Shown here one piece after another: positions 15,988 through 23,516 of a stretch of DNA of 31,009 bases. This DNA is from a virus. Its lineage: Duplodnaviria; Caudoviricetes. The stretch covers positions 1 to 31,009 of IMG/VR virus record IMGVR_UViG_3300042393_000213; one strand, written 5' to 3'. The notes beneath the pieces are model-generated. The model had not been told where the DNA came from, searched no databases, and saw only the letters and a program-made list of their open reading frames with translations. The number at the start of each line of letters is the position of its first letter. The first letter of the stretch is position 1. A program made the position numbers and the translations under genes.

Positions 15988-17057
15988 TATATTACGTTGT
16001 TTATTAAACTATTTGAGTATTCAAAATCTATTGTATAGTTTATATTTTTATCTAATAAATTTGTTTTGTATTGTAACGATTGCGTTTTAATTGTTACAGG
16101 GTTACCATTTAATAAAATAGTATCGCTTAACATTAATTCTTTAATGAAATTATTATATCCTTCTGTAACCCAACCTGTGTTGCAAGTTATAGTTTGTGTT
16201 CCGTTTATGTTAAATGATTTCTTTTGTCCTTCGGAAGCGTTATAAGATACATTAGAAGGCATTAAATTATATTTACTACTTTGTATATCTATTTTATTAG
16301 TTTGTGCTTTAAAGAACGTTATTTGTTGCCATCCACCATATTTATTTACATATACACAATTTACAGGTGCATATTTACATTCTTCTATCTTTTCTGTATA
16401 AACTCTATACATAACACCTTCATCATCGCTTTCTATTTCGCAATATGCGGAATCATTATAAGCTAATGGTAATTTATAGTTAAAGTAATTAGTTGAACCA
16501 CTACTTAAAAAAGTGTTTGTGTTTATTACTACATTAGAAGCTGTATAATAAATAATTCTATAATCGCTACTTGCAGCACTTGTGCATAAAAAATTAAATG
16601 AAGGTATATTATTATAATATTGTATTTTACTATTTAAATTTTGTGAAACACCCAATAAAACAAAATCTAAACCTTGTGCAATATCATAATTTAAATTATC
16701 AGTAACTTCTGTATAAGCATTAACACCAAGATATAAAGTATTATCTAATAAAGTAAAAGCACCTGAAACGTTTTTATATCTTTTAACTCTAACAAAACAC
16801 CATTCATTATTCCCTGCTACTGCAGGTGTAGTTCCATAAGAAGGTATGATGTGATTAATGTATTCTAAAATATAAGGAGAAATATTATAATTAGTTTCTG
16901 TTTGTGATGCAGAAGCTATATTTTCACTCATTATATATGTAGGTGTAGTAGGTTCTGTTGTTCCTTTATTCCAAATAAACAATTCAACTTTACTTCCTGT
17001 TTGTCCTGATTCATCTATTATTATTTGAAACGGACTTCTTGCACTTATTACTTCCAT
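15987..17057 (-). CDS. Tail protein (distal tail-like)
   Basis: YVNKYGGWQ, CNTGWV, ELMLSD motifs; TAATG coupling. Confidence 0.65.
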   Translation of the reverse strand: MEVISARSPFQIIIDESGQTGSKVELFIWNKGTTEPTTPTYIMSENIASASQTETNYNISPYILEYINHIIPSYGTTPAVAGNNEWCFVRVKRYKNVSGAFTLLDNTLYLGVNAYTEVTDNLNYDIAQGLDFVLLGVSQNLNSKIQYYNNIPSFNFLCTSAASSDYRIIYYTASNVVINTNTFLSSGSTNYFNYKLPLAYNDSAYCEIESDDEGVMYRVYTEKIEECKYAPVNCVYVNKYGGWQQITFFKAQTNKIDIQSSKYNLMPSNVSYNASEGQKKSFNINGTQTITCNTGWVTEGYNNFIKELMLSDTILLNGNPVTIKTQSLQYKTNLLDKNINYTIDFEYSNSLINNVI

Positions 17058-17563
17058 TATCTTCTATCTTTTAAATTATAATCTACCATTGTTTCAACAT
17101 CTTGACCAAACGCTTTTATTAAATCTGTATCTATGTATTTTTTATATCCTGCTTCAAATGGTTTTGTAAAAAATAAAGAAGGTTTAATACCATTTAAAAA
17201 AACGCTTCTTGCTATTGCATATTGTAAACTTTGTCTTGATTGAAATTCACCTTTTGCATTTCTTGGTGCAATACCTTTTTTAACCATCCATTTATCAAAC
17301 GCTTTTGCAGGTGGCATTTTATCCTTATAACTATAAGGCGTATTGTATTTTTTTAATTTACCTGAAACTCCTTTATCCTGATAGTGTCCGTAATCTAACA
17401 TTGTAAACCCTACAATAGTAAAATTATTTTGTGTTACTACTTCGCCATCAATAGAATTATAAAGTGCCTTAGAACTATTTTTATTTCCTTTACTTAAATT
17501 GCTTCTTGATTGTTGTATTACATAATCACGAAAGCGTTTTAATACTGCTTCAACTTCTAACAT
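17057..17563 (-). CDS. Putative tail completion/neck protein (HK97 gp10-like)
   Basis: Basic; LYNSI, YG.YQDKGV, IARSVFLNGIKPSLFFTKPF. Confidence 0.6.
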   Translation of the reverse strand: MLEVEAVLKRFRDYVIQQSRSNLSKGNKNSSKALYNSIDGEVVTQNNFTIVGFTMLDYGHYQDKGVSGKLKKYNTPYSYKDKMPPAKAFDKWMVKKGIAPRNAKGEFQSRQSLQYAIARSVFLNGIKPSLFFTKPFEAGYKKYIDTDLIKAFGQDVETMVDYNLKDRR

Positions 17564-18012
17564 TTTGTCATTTTATTTTCAATAGCAATATCAAATGTGA
17601 AAGTTACACCTGCTATTTTATTTTCAAATCGTTCTGTAAAAAATTCAATGTTTGCTGTATTGTTTACTAATTCATAATCTTCTGCTAATGCTCCTCTGCT
17701 TAATACTTCTAAAAATCTATTTGCTACAGCTAATTGTGTATTTAACACATCTTGCTCGTTATCATTACCTAAGAATATATCTGTAGTTTTAGATTTAGAT
17801 TCATCTACAATGTCCATACATAGAATAGATATATTATAATTTAATACAGGACCCTGATACGATACAGAATTTACTATAATATGACTTAATGGAAATATAG
17901 TTTGTTTATTTAAATCTACTTTAAATATATCGCCTGTTGTAACTGTATTAACAAATAAATCTTCTTGTAGTTTATTCTTAATTACTTGTGTTATTTCGTA
18001 AAATGTACTCAT
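17557..18012 (-). CDS. Putative tail terminator protein
   Basis: Acidic 151 aa, FPLSHI motif, tail block position. Confidence 0.55.
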   Translation of the reverse strand: MSTFYEITQVIKNKLQEDLFVNTVTTGDIFKVDLNKQTIFPLSHIIVNSVSYQGPVLNYNISILCMDIVDESKSKTTDIFLGNDNEQDVLNTQLAVANRFLEVLSRGALAEDYELVNNTANIEFFTERFENKIAGVTFTFDIAIENKMTKC

Positions 18013-18270
18013 TATTTTCTTTTAATTAAATCTGATTCTATTTTGTTTTTTTGTTTTTCAAATGTTAGATACGTTAAACATTGATTAATTGGTAGTTCGG
18101 TGATTGTGTCAAATCTTGTAATGTCTCCCTGAGCAAGTCCATAGATTGATGAATACCAACCCCATCGTTTTCCAAATTGTGCTGTTGCAGAATAGTCTGC
18201 ATCTGTTTGTTGTTCTCCAAATAATTCATCGTACTTTTCAATAATTCTCTGCCTAAATTGTAAAAAAAAA
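18012..18270 (-). other. -1 frame extension of tail assembly chaperone (GT-like product about 248 aa), entered at T9 run 18262-18270
   Basis: Start-less 83-codon frame (…FGKRWGWYSSIYGLAQGDITRFD…) ending in TAATG overlap with next gene. Confidence 0.8.
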
Positions 18271-18757
18271 CATTAGCACCAAATACAACATCCAAAGGTG
18301 CGTGTTTCATTACATCACTATAGGTTATACTACCATTGTATTTTTCTATTTCGTATGTATTATTTAAACCCTTCTTTGTAATAGGTCTAAATAAAACAGC
18401 CATAGCTTTGTGCATATTATCCCAATCACCAATGTATGAATCTAAATCTGTATATTCGCCAAAAGTCATTTCATCTAAATCAGGAATAAAACCAAACTCA
18501 ACTCCACCAAGTTTAAATCTGTTTATAAACCTATGTGAAGTAACATCAAACATTTTACCAAGTGATGCAGTTATTTGTAACACATCTTTATACTTAATTT
18601 CAGCTACATCTTTTAAATCTATATTGCAGAACGTTTGAACCATTTTTTGATTCATAAATTCCATATCATCATTATCTTTAGCCATCTTTAAAAATGCCTG
18701 ATATTGTGATAATTTAATTTCGTTTAATTCTGTTGGTATGCTTATTTCAAATTTCAT
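18074..18757 (-). CDS. Tail assembly chaperone (G-like), 227 aa; start likely 18757 rather than 18817
   Basis: Internal slippery run; ORF-track start lies within a terminator hairpin. Confidence 0.7.
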   Translation of the reverse strand: MKFEISIPTELNEIKLSQYQAFLKMAKDNDDMEFMNQKMVQTFCNIDLKDVAEIKYKDVLQITASLGKMFDVTSHRFINRFKLGGVEFGFIPDLDEMTFGEYTDLDSYIGDWDNMHKAMAVLFRPITKKGLNNTYEIEKYNGSITYSDVMKHAPLDVVFGANVFFYNLGRELLKSTMNYLENNKQMQTILQQHNLENDGVGIHQSMDLLRETLQDLTQSPNYQLINV

Positions 18758-18769
18758 ATTATTGTTTTT

Positions 18770-18800
18770 TATATTAATAACTATTTTATGATATTGTATT
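18770..18800 (-). promoter_or_regulatory. Candidate late promoter AATACAA-N13-TTATTAATATA
   Basis: Fixed-spacing motif copy directly after a terminator, heading the tail operon. Confidence 0.65.
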
Positions 18801-18804
18801 AAAC

Positions 18805-18834
18805 AAAAAAAAGGCACATATTTCTATGCACCTT
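18805..18834 (-). terminator. Intrinsic terminator
   Basis: AAGGTGCATA-GAAA-TATGTGCCTT stem-loop plus T run. Confidence 0.85.
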
Positions 18835-18867
18835 AATTTAACCAAATTAACTAATCTAAAACAAAAT

Positions 18868-19074
18868 TTAATCTTCTATTTCTTCTATTGCTAAATCTAT
18901 TATATCATTCCATATTTTTGTAGATACTATTTCGTAAATATCAATACCTTCTAATAATATTTCTGCATCTTCAATACAGCTTCCTGTATAATCTTCATCT
19001 GAACCTTTTATATAGAATCCTTTAACTTCAAATTCTATATCACAATAATTAACTGTTACTTTTACTTTTTTCAT
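18868..19074 (-). CDS. Acidic 68-aa hypothetical protein (monocistronic)
   Basis: Own promoter and terminator. Confidence 0.75.
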   Translation of the reverse strand: MKKVKVTVNYCDIEFEVKGFYIKGSDEDYTGSCIEDAEILLEGIDIYEIVSTKIWNDIIDLAIEEIED

Positions 19075-19097
19075 TTTTCTTTGTTTTAAATTTTTAA

Positions 19098-19148
19098 CAA
19101 ATATAATATTAATTTGTTACATAAATTAGTTTTAACAATTATTTAACT
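19098..19148 (-). promoter_or_regulatory. Bacteroidota primary-sigma promoter (TATATTTG 19098-19105) with tandem TGTTAAA/AGTTAAA boxes
   Basis: TAnnTTTG match in intergenic region. Confidence 0.7.
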
Positions 19149-19292
19149 TTTCAAATGTTCCGATGCTATTAAGTACATCTTTTGCATTTTTTTAATTTCA
19201 CCTATATTACGTGGTAGGTTTATATTCACTTCTACATTCTTAACGTGATGAATGTAACATTGTATTGTTGCGATCATTTGTCCGTATGTCAT
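19143..19292 (-). CDS. Hypothetical 49-aa protein (MTYGQMIATIQCYIHH...), not in ORF track
   Basis: Hand translation. Confidence 0.65.
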   Translation of the reverse strand: MTYGQMIATIQCYIHHVKNVEVNINLPRNIGEIKKMQKMYLIASEHLKS

Positions 19293-19355
19293 AATTAATT
19301 TGTCAAGTTTCCGACATCATTTACTTTGTCGCAAGTATAGTATTAATTTGCGACA

Positions 19356-20564
19356 TTAATATATAAAATAGTTCCCTTTGTTTGGATTCTCTAATTGGTG
19401 ACTAACAGCATATCTTAAAGCATCTAACAAGTGATTGTGATTATCTATTGGCGTGCTTGACTTCTTTTCTAACCAACAATAGTTATTTAGTTCTTTAATT
19501 AGATTAATTGATTCAGGTGATACTATCAAATCATAATCTTGTAATAATGATATTCCATAAGTTACAGAACCTTGTCCTTTAATTGCAGGTACAATATTTA
19601 ATCCTAATGTTTGAAGTTCTGAGATCAATCTTGGCTCGGCAGAATCAGCTACTATTAAACTATCAAAACAATGTTGTTTGTTTAAAGCGTAAATCTGCGA
19701 TGTTGTTAATGCTTGTAGATAAAAGCGTTCATTTATATAAATTCGTTTGTTAGAAGTGTCTATATTGCATTCTACTAATGTTGTTGGGTCGTTACTGAAT
19801 CCAAAATCTTGACCAAATACAGATTTACCTATTTGTTTATATTCTCCTATAGTCCAATTAGTAAATATAACTCCTTCTGCTTTATCTAACCAACCACCTA
19901 AAATTTGATGCTTATATTTTTCAGGTCTACGTTTCTTTATATTCTCTATTTGATTAATAAATGATTCAGATAGATTTTCAATATTATCTAGATACGTTGT
20001 ATGTATATATGTAGTATCGCCTTTAATTAAATTGCTTCCTGCTTCAACGCCTTTATCTTCAAAAAACTTCTTATATATAAAGTGTTCTTTTGTTGCAGGG
20101 TTTAATACTAATAAAACTCTATTGTGAATTCCTTTTGTTCTGATACTGAAATCTATCTTCTCAAAAGTTTCTTCATCTGTTAGTTCCTCTGCTTCATCTA
20201 AAACCCACGTTGTTACTCCTGCTAATGATTTTAAAGAAGCTGTTTGTGTACCACTACTTGTTTTAATACCTTTAAATAGAATCTTAGACCCTGTTTTAAG
20301 ATTTATGATTTCATCTTTAGTTATATAAAAATCGTTGCTTAAATCAGCTGTATCAATCTTGTCTATAAATTCAGGTATAATAGAAACGTTTGCAGAAGTT
20401 AAAGTATATCTTGTGAATAATATAACGTGACCTACTTCGTATGTTAATAGCAAAAGAAACGAGTTCAAAGAATAAGACTTCCCTGAACCACGTCCTCCTG
20501 TAATTACAAAATATCTACTATCTGAACCTAGTAAATTATATTTCTGATTTATTGCTATTTCCAA
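19356..20564 (-). CDS. terL: Terminase large subunit (PBSX-like)
   Basis: Walker A GGRGSGKS, Walker B WVLDEAEE, LNP; nuclease GQDFGFSNDPT, ADSAEP, NHLLDALRYA. Confidence 0.96.
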   Translation of the reverse strand: MEIAINQKYNLLGSDSRYFVITGGRGSGKSYSLNSFLLLLTYEVGHVILFTRYTLTSANVSIIPEFIDKIDTADLSNDFYITKDEIINLKTGSKILFKGIKTSSGTQTASLKSLAGVTTWVLDEAEELTDEETFEKIDFSIRTKGIHNRVLLVLNPATKEHFIYKKFFEDKGVEAGSNLIKGDTTYIHTTYLDNIENLSESFINQIENIKKRRPEKYKHQILGGWLDKAEGVIFTNWTIGEYKQIGKSVFGQDFGFSNDPTTLVECNIDTSNKRIYINERFYLQALTTSQIYALNKQHCFDSLIVADSAEPRLISELQTLGLNIVPAIKGQGSVTYGISLLQDYDLIVSPESINLIKELNNYCWLEKKSSTPIDNHNHLLDALRYAVSHQLENPNKGNYFIY

Positions 20565-20835
20565 CCTTAAAAATATCTTTTATGTTAAAATCATTTACGT
20601 TGTGTGTAGCTTCTATAATTTCTTTTGGTTTACCAAATATATGTTCTGCAATAAATAACTGACCTCTTTGTGATTGCATTAATGTATCTTTAACAAAAGC
20701 GATCTTAGTATCTTCTTCTGTTTCTTTACTGTATAATTCACCTAAAGCTTTTAAAAATACATTGTTTACTTTTTGTTCTTCTACTTTTGATTTACGACCT
20801 GCGTTTGGTCTTGCACCACCTCTGATTTTTTCCAT
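20536..20835 (-). CDS. terS: Terminase small subunit (start likely 20835)
   Basis: RGGARPNAGRK N-terminus, FGKPKE; immediately upstream of terL. Confidence 0.75.
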   Translation of the reverse strand: MEKIRGGARPNAGRKSKVEEQKVNNVFLKALGELYSKETEEDTKIAFVKDTLMQSQRGQLFIAEHIFGKPKEIIEATHNVNDFNIKDIFKVGNSNKSEI

Positions 20836-20861
20836 TTGAAATAAATAATGATTATTCAATT

Positions 20862-20892
20862 TTAAATAATAATAAATAAAAACTATTGTTGT
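20862..20892 (-). promoter_or_regulatory. Candidate late promoter ACAACAA-N13-TTATTATTTAA
   Basis: Fixed-spacing motif copy upstream of terS. Confidence 0.55.
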
Positions 20893-21281
20893 TTAAGATT
20901 ATCAATAACTAAACTAAATACTTCGTGTGTTTCTTTTTCTGCCCAAGTTATTATTTCTTCTTCTAATTCGATATTATAATTATGAATTTCAAAAGAGTGA
21001 TGCAATAGTTCGTGAAATACACCACCAAAAGTTTCATAATCATTACTACATCTTTGTAGATTTATAAATACAAAAGTATCATCGCCATTATTATAGATAT
21101 TATTTTCTTTTGGTACATAGTTTGCCAAACCCCATATATAAGCATCGTGTTTTGTGTTTTGATATTTTTCACAATCATAACAATTCAATCCGTGCATTTC
21201 TTTAACTGAATAATAATAAAATATTTCGCAAGGGTTTTCACCTAATAATAAAGTATAAGTATTTCTTTTTATTGCTATCAT
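20883..21281 (-). CDS. HExxH-containing putative zinc metallopeptidase-like protein (start likely 21281)
   Basis: VFINL...VFHELLH...EE motif; ATGA overlap. Confidence 0.6.
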   Translation of the reverse strand: MIAIKRNTYTLLLGENPCEIFYYYSVKEMHGLNCYDCEKYQNTKHDAYIWGLANYVPKENNIYNNGDDTFVFINLQRCSNDYETFGGVFHELLHHSFEIHNYNIELEEEIITWAEKETHEVFSLVIDNLKQQ

Positions 21282-21499
21282 AAGTTTACCTGTATCTTCA
21301 TTGTTGCACAACTTAATTTATGTTTACCATTTTCTTGGTTACAATATTCACATACTTCCCAATAATAATCACATTGATTTTTTATGTTTGGTTCTTTTAC
21401 AAAGTATGATTGATTATACTTACTTGGTTCTGCTTTATATCTGTAACAAGTCTTTGCTAATTCGCAATAGTTACCATTACACATTGTTATATCTGCCAT
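21278..21499 (-). CDS. Small Cys-rich hypothetical protein
   Basis: MADITMC...C...CYRY...QSYF...CDYYW plus C..C...H...C. Confidence 0.75.
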   Translation of the reverse strand: MADITMCNGNYCELAKTCYRYKAEPSKYNQSYFVKEPNIKNQCDYYWEVCEYCNQENGKHKLSCATMKIQVNL

Positions 21500-21501
21500 A
21501 G

Positions 21502-21744
21502 TTATTTGTTTATAAATAGTTTAAACCATTCATCACATTTTTCTTGTTTAAAGTATACTTGTAAATAATCTCTAAATCCTAAACAATATGCGTCTTTAAA
21601 TGTTTCTTTTAAATCTTCCTCACTATAACTTCTTTCTTGTTGCCATTTAGCACCTGCTATAAAAGATTCATAATCGCCAAAAGCATTAATAGTATTTAAA
21701 TTATAATTTTTAGCGGCTTCTTCAAGTGTTTCATTTTGTTTCAT
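21502..21744 (-). CDS. Hypothetical protein (ETLEEAA...FIAGAKWQQERSYSEE type)
   Basis: ORF track; tight packing. Confidence 0.75.
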   Translation of the reverse strand: MKQNETLEEAAKNYNLNTINAFGDYESFIAGAKWQQERSYSEEDLKETFKDAYCLGFRDYLQVYFKQEKCDEWFKLFINK

Positions 21745-21748
21745 AATC

Positions 21749-21832
21749 TTATTTGTTTTTAAATTGTTTAATAATAAATTTTATAATTGTTTGTGCAAAT
21801 AAACCTAATATTAAAAATATAATTATATTCAT
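21749..21832 (-). CDS. 27-aa hydrophobic peptide MNIIIFLILGLFAQTIIKFIIKQFKNK
   Basis: Hand translation; fills gap with 2-4 nt spacers. Confidence 0.5.
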   Translation of the reverse strand: MNIIIFLILGLFAQTIIKFIIKQFKNK

Positions 21833-21834
21833 AA

Positions 21835-21993
21835 CTATTTATTATAAAGTTTCGCTAATTCCTTTGTAACTTCTTTCCAATGTTCTGTCTGTTGCATTGT
21901 ACCCATACATACTCGCCTGTTATATTCTTTAGTGTATTTATTAAATAACATTTCAGCACGTTCTTTTGCTGTTATTGGTTCTATTGTGTTCAT
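21835..21993 (-). CDS. Hypothetical 52-aa protein, apparent paralog of 21990-22232, not in ORF track
   Basis: Hand translation ...TAKERAEMLFNKY...HWKEVTKELAKL; ATGA overlap. Confidence 0.72.
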   Translation of the reverse strand: MNTIEPITAKERAEMLFNKYTKEYNRRVCMGTMQQTEHWKEVTKELAKLYNK

Positions 21994-22232
21994 AGTTTTT
22001 TTATTTCTTTTTTAACTTCATTCCAAAACATATCTTCTTTAATGTGTTCTTCTTCATCATATGTATTAAATGTAATTGCAATTAATATTTCATCAACTGC
22101 TATTAATGCACATTGTTTGGCTTTATACTCAGGTATTGAAAAACATATACACATATATTCTAAACAATCACATTCTTCAGTTAAGTTAATATATTTATCA
22201 ATTAACTCTTTTGCTTTTTCTTTTGGTTTCAT
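21990..22232 (-). CDS. Hypothetical protein (MKPKEKAKEL...AKQCALIAVDEI...WNEVKKEI type)
   Basis: ORF track. Confidence 0.78.
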   Translation of the reverse strand: MKPKEKAKELIDKYINLTEECDCLEYMCICFSIPEYKAKQCALIAVDEILIAITFNTYDEEEHIKEDMFWNEVKKEIKKL

Positions 22233-22238
22233 ATCTTG

Positions 22239-22514
22239 CTAAATAAAATAAGGTCTTATTGTTAAAACTCCTAAGCTAAATCCTAATGCAAATGCTAAAG
22301 CTATTAAGAATCTTCCGTAAAATGTTTTTACTTCTATTGTGAAGTGATTCATTGGTAAACAAAGAAAAGGATTTATAAATACCATTCCTACCATACCATA
22401 CCAATTTTTTTCCATTAAAAATGTGAAACTTGCTATACTGTTTGCTTCTAAAACTATTGCAGATATAAATACTATTAATAGTTTCCACCAAGTAATTTTA
22501 TCTTTTACTATCAT
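22239..22514 (-). CDS. Small membrane protein (about 3 TM)
   Basis: Three hydrophobic segments; ATGA overlap. Confidence 0.7.
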   Translation of the reverse strand: MIVKDKITWWKLLIVFISAIVLEANSIASFTFLMEKNWYGMVGMVFINPFLCLPMNHFTIEVKTFYGRFLIALAFALGFSLGVLTIRPYFI

Positions 22515-23035
22515 ATCTTAATATTATTATTCATTTTATAAAATGCTTCTAATCTATCGTTAATTAGTGTATGTTGTATTGTTCCTTTTGTGTTGCTTAA
22601 TAGGTTGTTTAAATTATCTATTATTTGGTATTCGTATCTTGGTCTATCTATTTGTTCTTGTAATTCTTTTTTTAGTTTATCATTTTCAAATGTTAATTTA
22701 TAAAGCTGTTGTTTTACCTTTTCAATTTCAGATAGTTCTTTTAATTCTTCTTCATTATCTATTGTAAAGTAACTTAATATAGTTGTTCTAAATTTCTTTA
22801 ATTCAGGATTATATTCTTCATACATTTTATAGTTTTTTAATGCGTGTATAACAGTAGCGTGATTTAATTCTAGTGTATCACCTATTGCTTGTAAAGTTTT
22901 GTTTGGTTTTAATTGTTTTAATACATTACAATATAGTGAACGTAATTCTATAACTTCTCTTTTACGAGTTCTAATATCTATATCTGTATTTGTTTCTTGC
23001 TTAATAATATCTTTTAATCTTTGTGTAATTTCCAT
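22511..23035 (-). CDS. DnaA C-terminal-like HTH DNA-binding protein with coiled coil
   Basis: TRKREVIELR...TLQAIG...NHATVIHALK resembles DnaA domain IV signature. Confidence 0.72.
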   Translation of the reverse strand: MEITQRLKDIIKQETNTDIDIRTRKREVIELRSLYCNVLKQLKPNKTLQAIGDTLELNHATVIHALKNYKMYEEYNPELKKFRTTILSYFTIDNEEELKELSEIEKVKQQLYKLTFENDKLKKELQEQIDRPRYEYQIIDNLNNLLSNTKGTIQHTLINDRLEAFYKMNNNIKI

Positions 23036-23046
23036 TTTGTTTTTTT

Positions 23047-23505
23047 TTAAAATTCAAATCTTAATTTTTCTTTTATTTCGTTGTGTGTTTCTTGCTGAAA
23101 GAATAGTTTTAATTCAGTATCATTTTTTGCTTTAAATATTCCTTTAATGAAATCAGTTCTATTTTTTTTATCTACAACATCATTTATATTTTTGATTTCA
23201 TAAATCATTGTTACTCCATTTAAAGTTTCACAAGTTTCTGTATTTACATTTGAACGTACTATAAAGCATTGTATTTTAGTTTTATCATTTAAAGTTACTC
23301 CTACATAATTTGATAGTTGCATAAGTGTATTTAATGAAGTTGTATCTTCATTTTTTTTATGGTCAATCATAAATGTATTGTATTTATATTTTGTTATCAT
23401 ACAATCAATATCCATTATAGAACGCTTTACATCTGTTAATTCACTTATAAGATAATTAAATTCGTTGTTGTGATAGTTTGAGTTATATTTTTTTCTTGTT
23501 TCCAT
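23047..23505 (-). CDS. Hypothetical protein, possible PD-(D/E)xK-like fold
   Basis: MDID...FMIDHK pattern. Confidence 0.55.
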   Translation of the reverse strand: METRKKYNSNYHNNEFNYLISELTDVKRSIMDIDCMITKYKYNTFMIDHKKNEDTTSLNTLMQLSNYVGVTLNDKTKIQCFIVRSNVNTETCETLNGVTMIYEIKNINDVVDKKNRTDFIKGIFKAKNDTELKLFFQQETHNEIKEKLRFEF

Positions 23506-23516
23506 ATTATTTTTTT

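Noticed and set aside
18758-18817. Longer N-termini from the ORF track (also 30549-30596, 20836-20859, 21282-21311, 10947-10970)
   Set aside because: These starts fall in terminators, next to promoter motifs or inside upstream genes; downstream ATGs have better context
22276-22491. 71-aa minus ORF
   Set aside because: Nested out of frame within the 22239-22514 membrane protein gene, which has coupled boundaries
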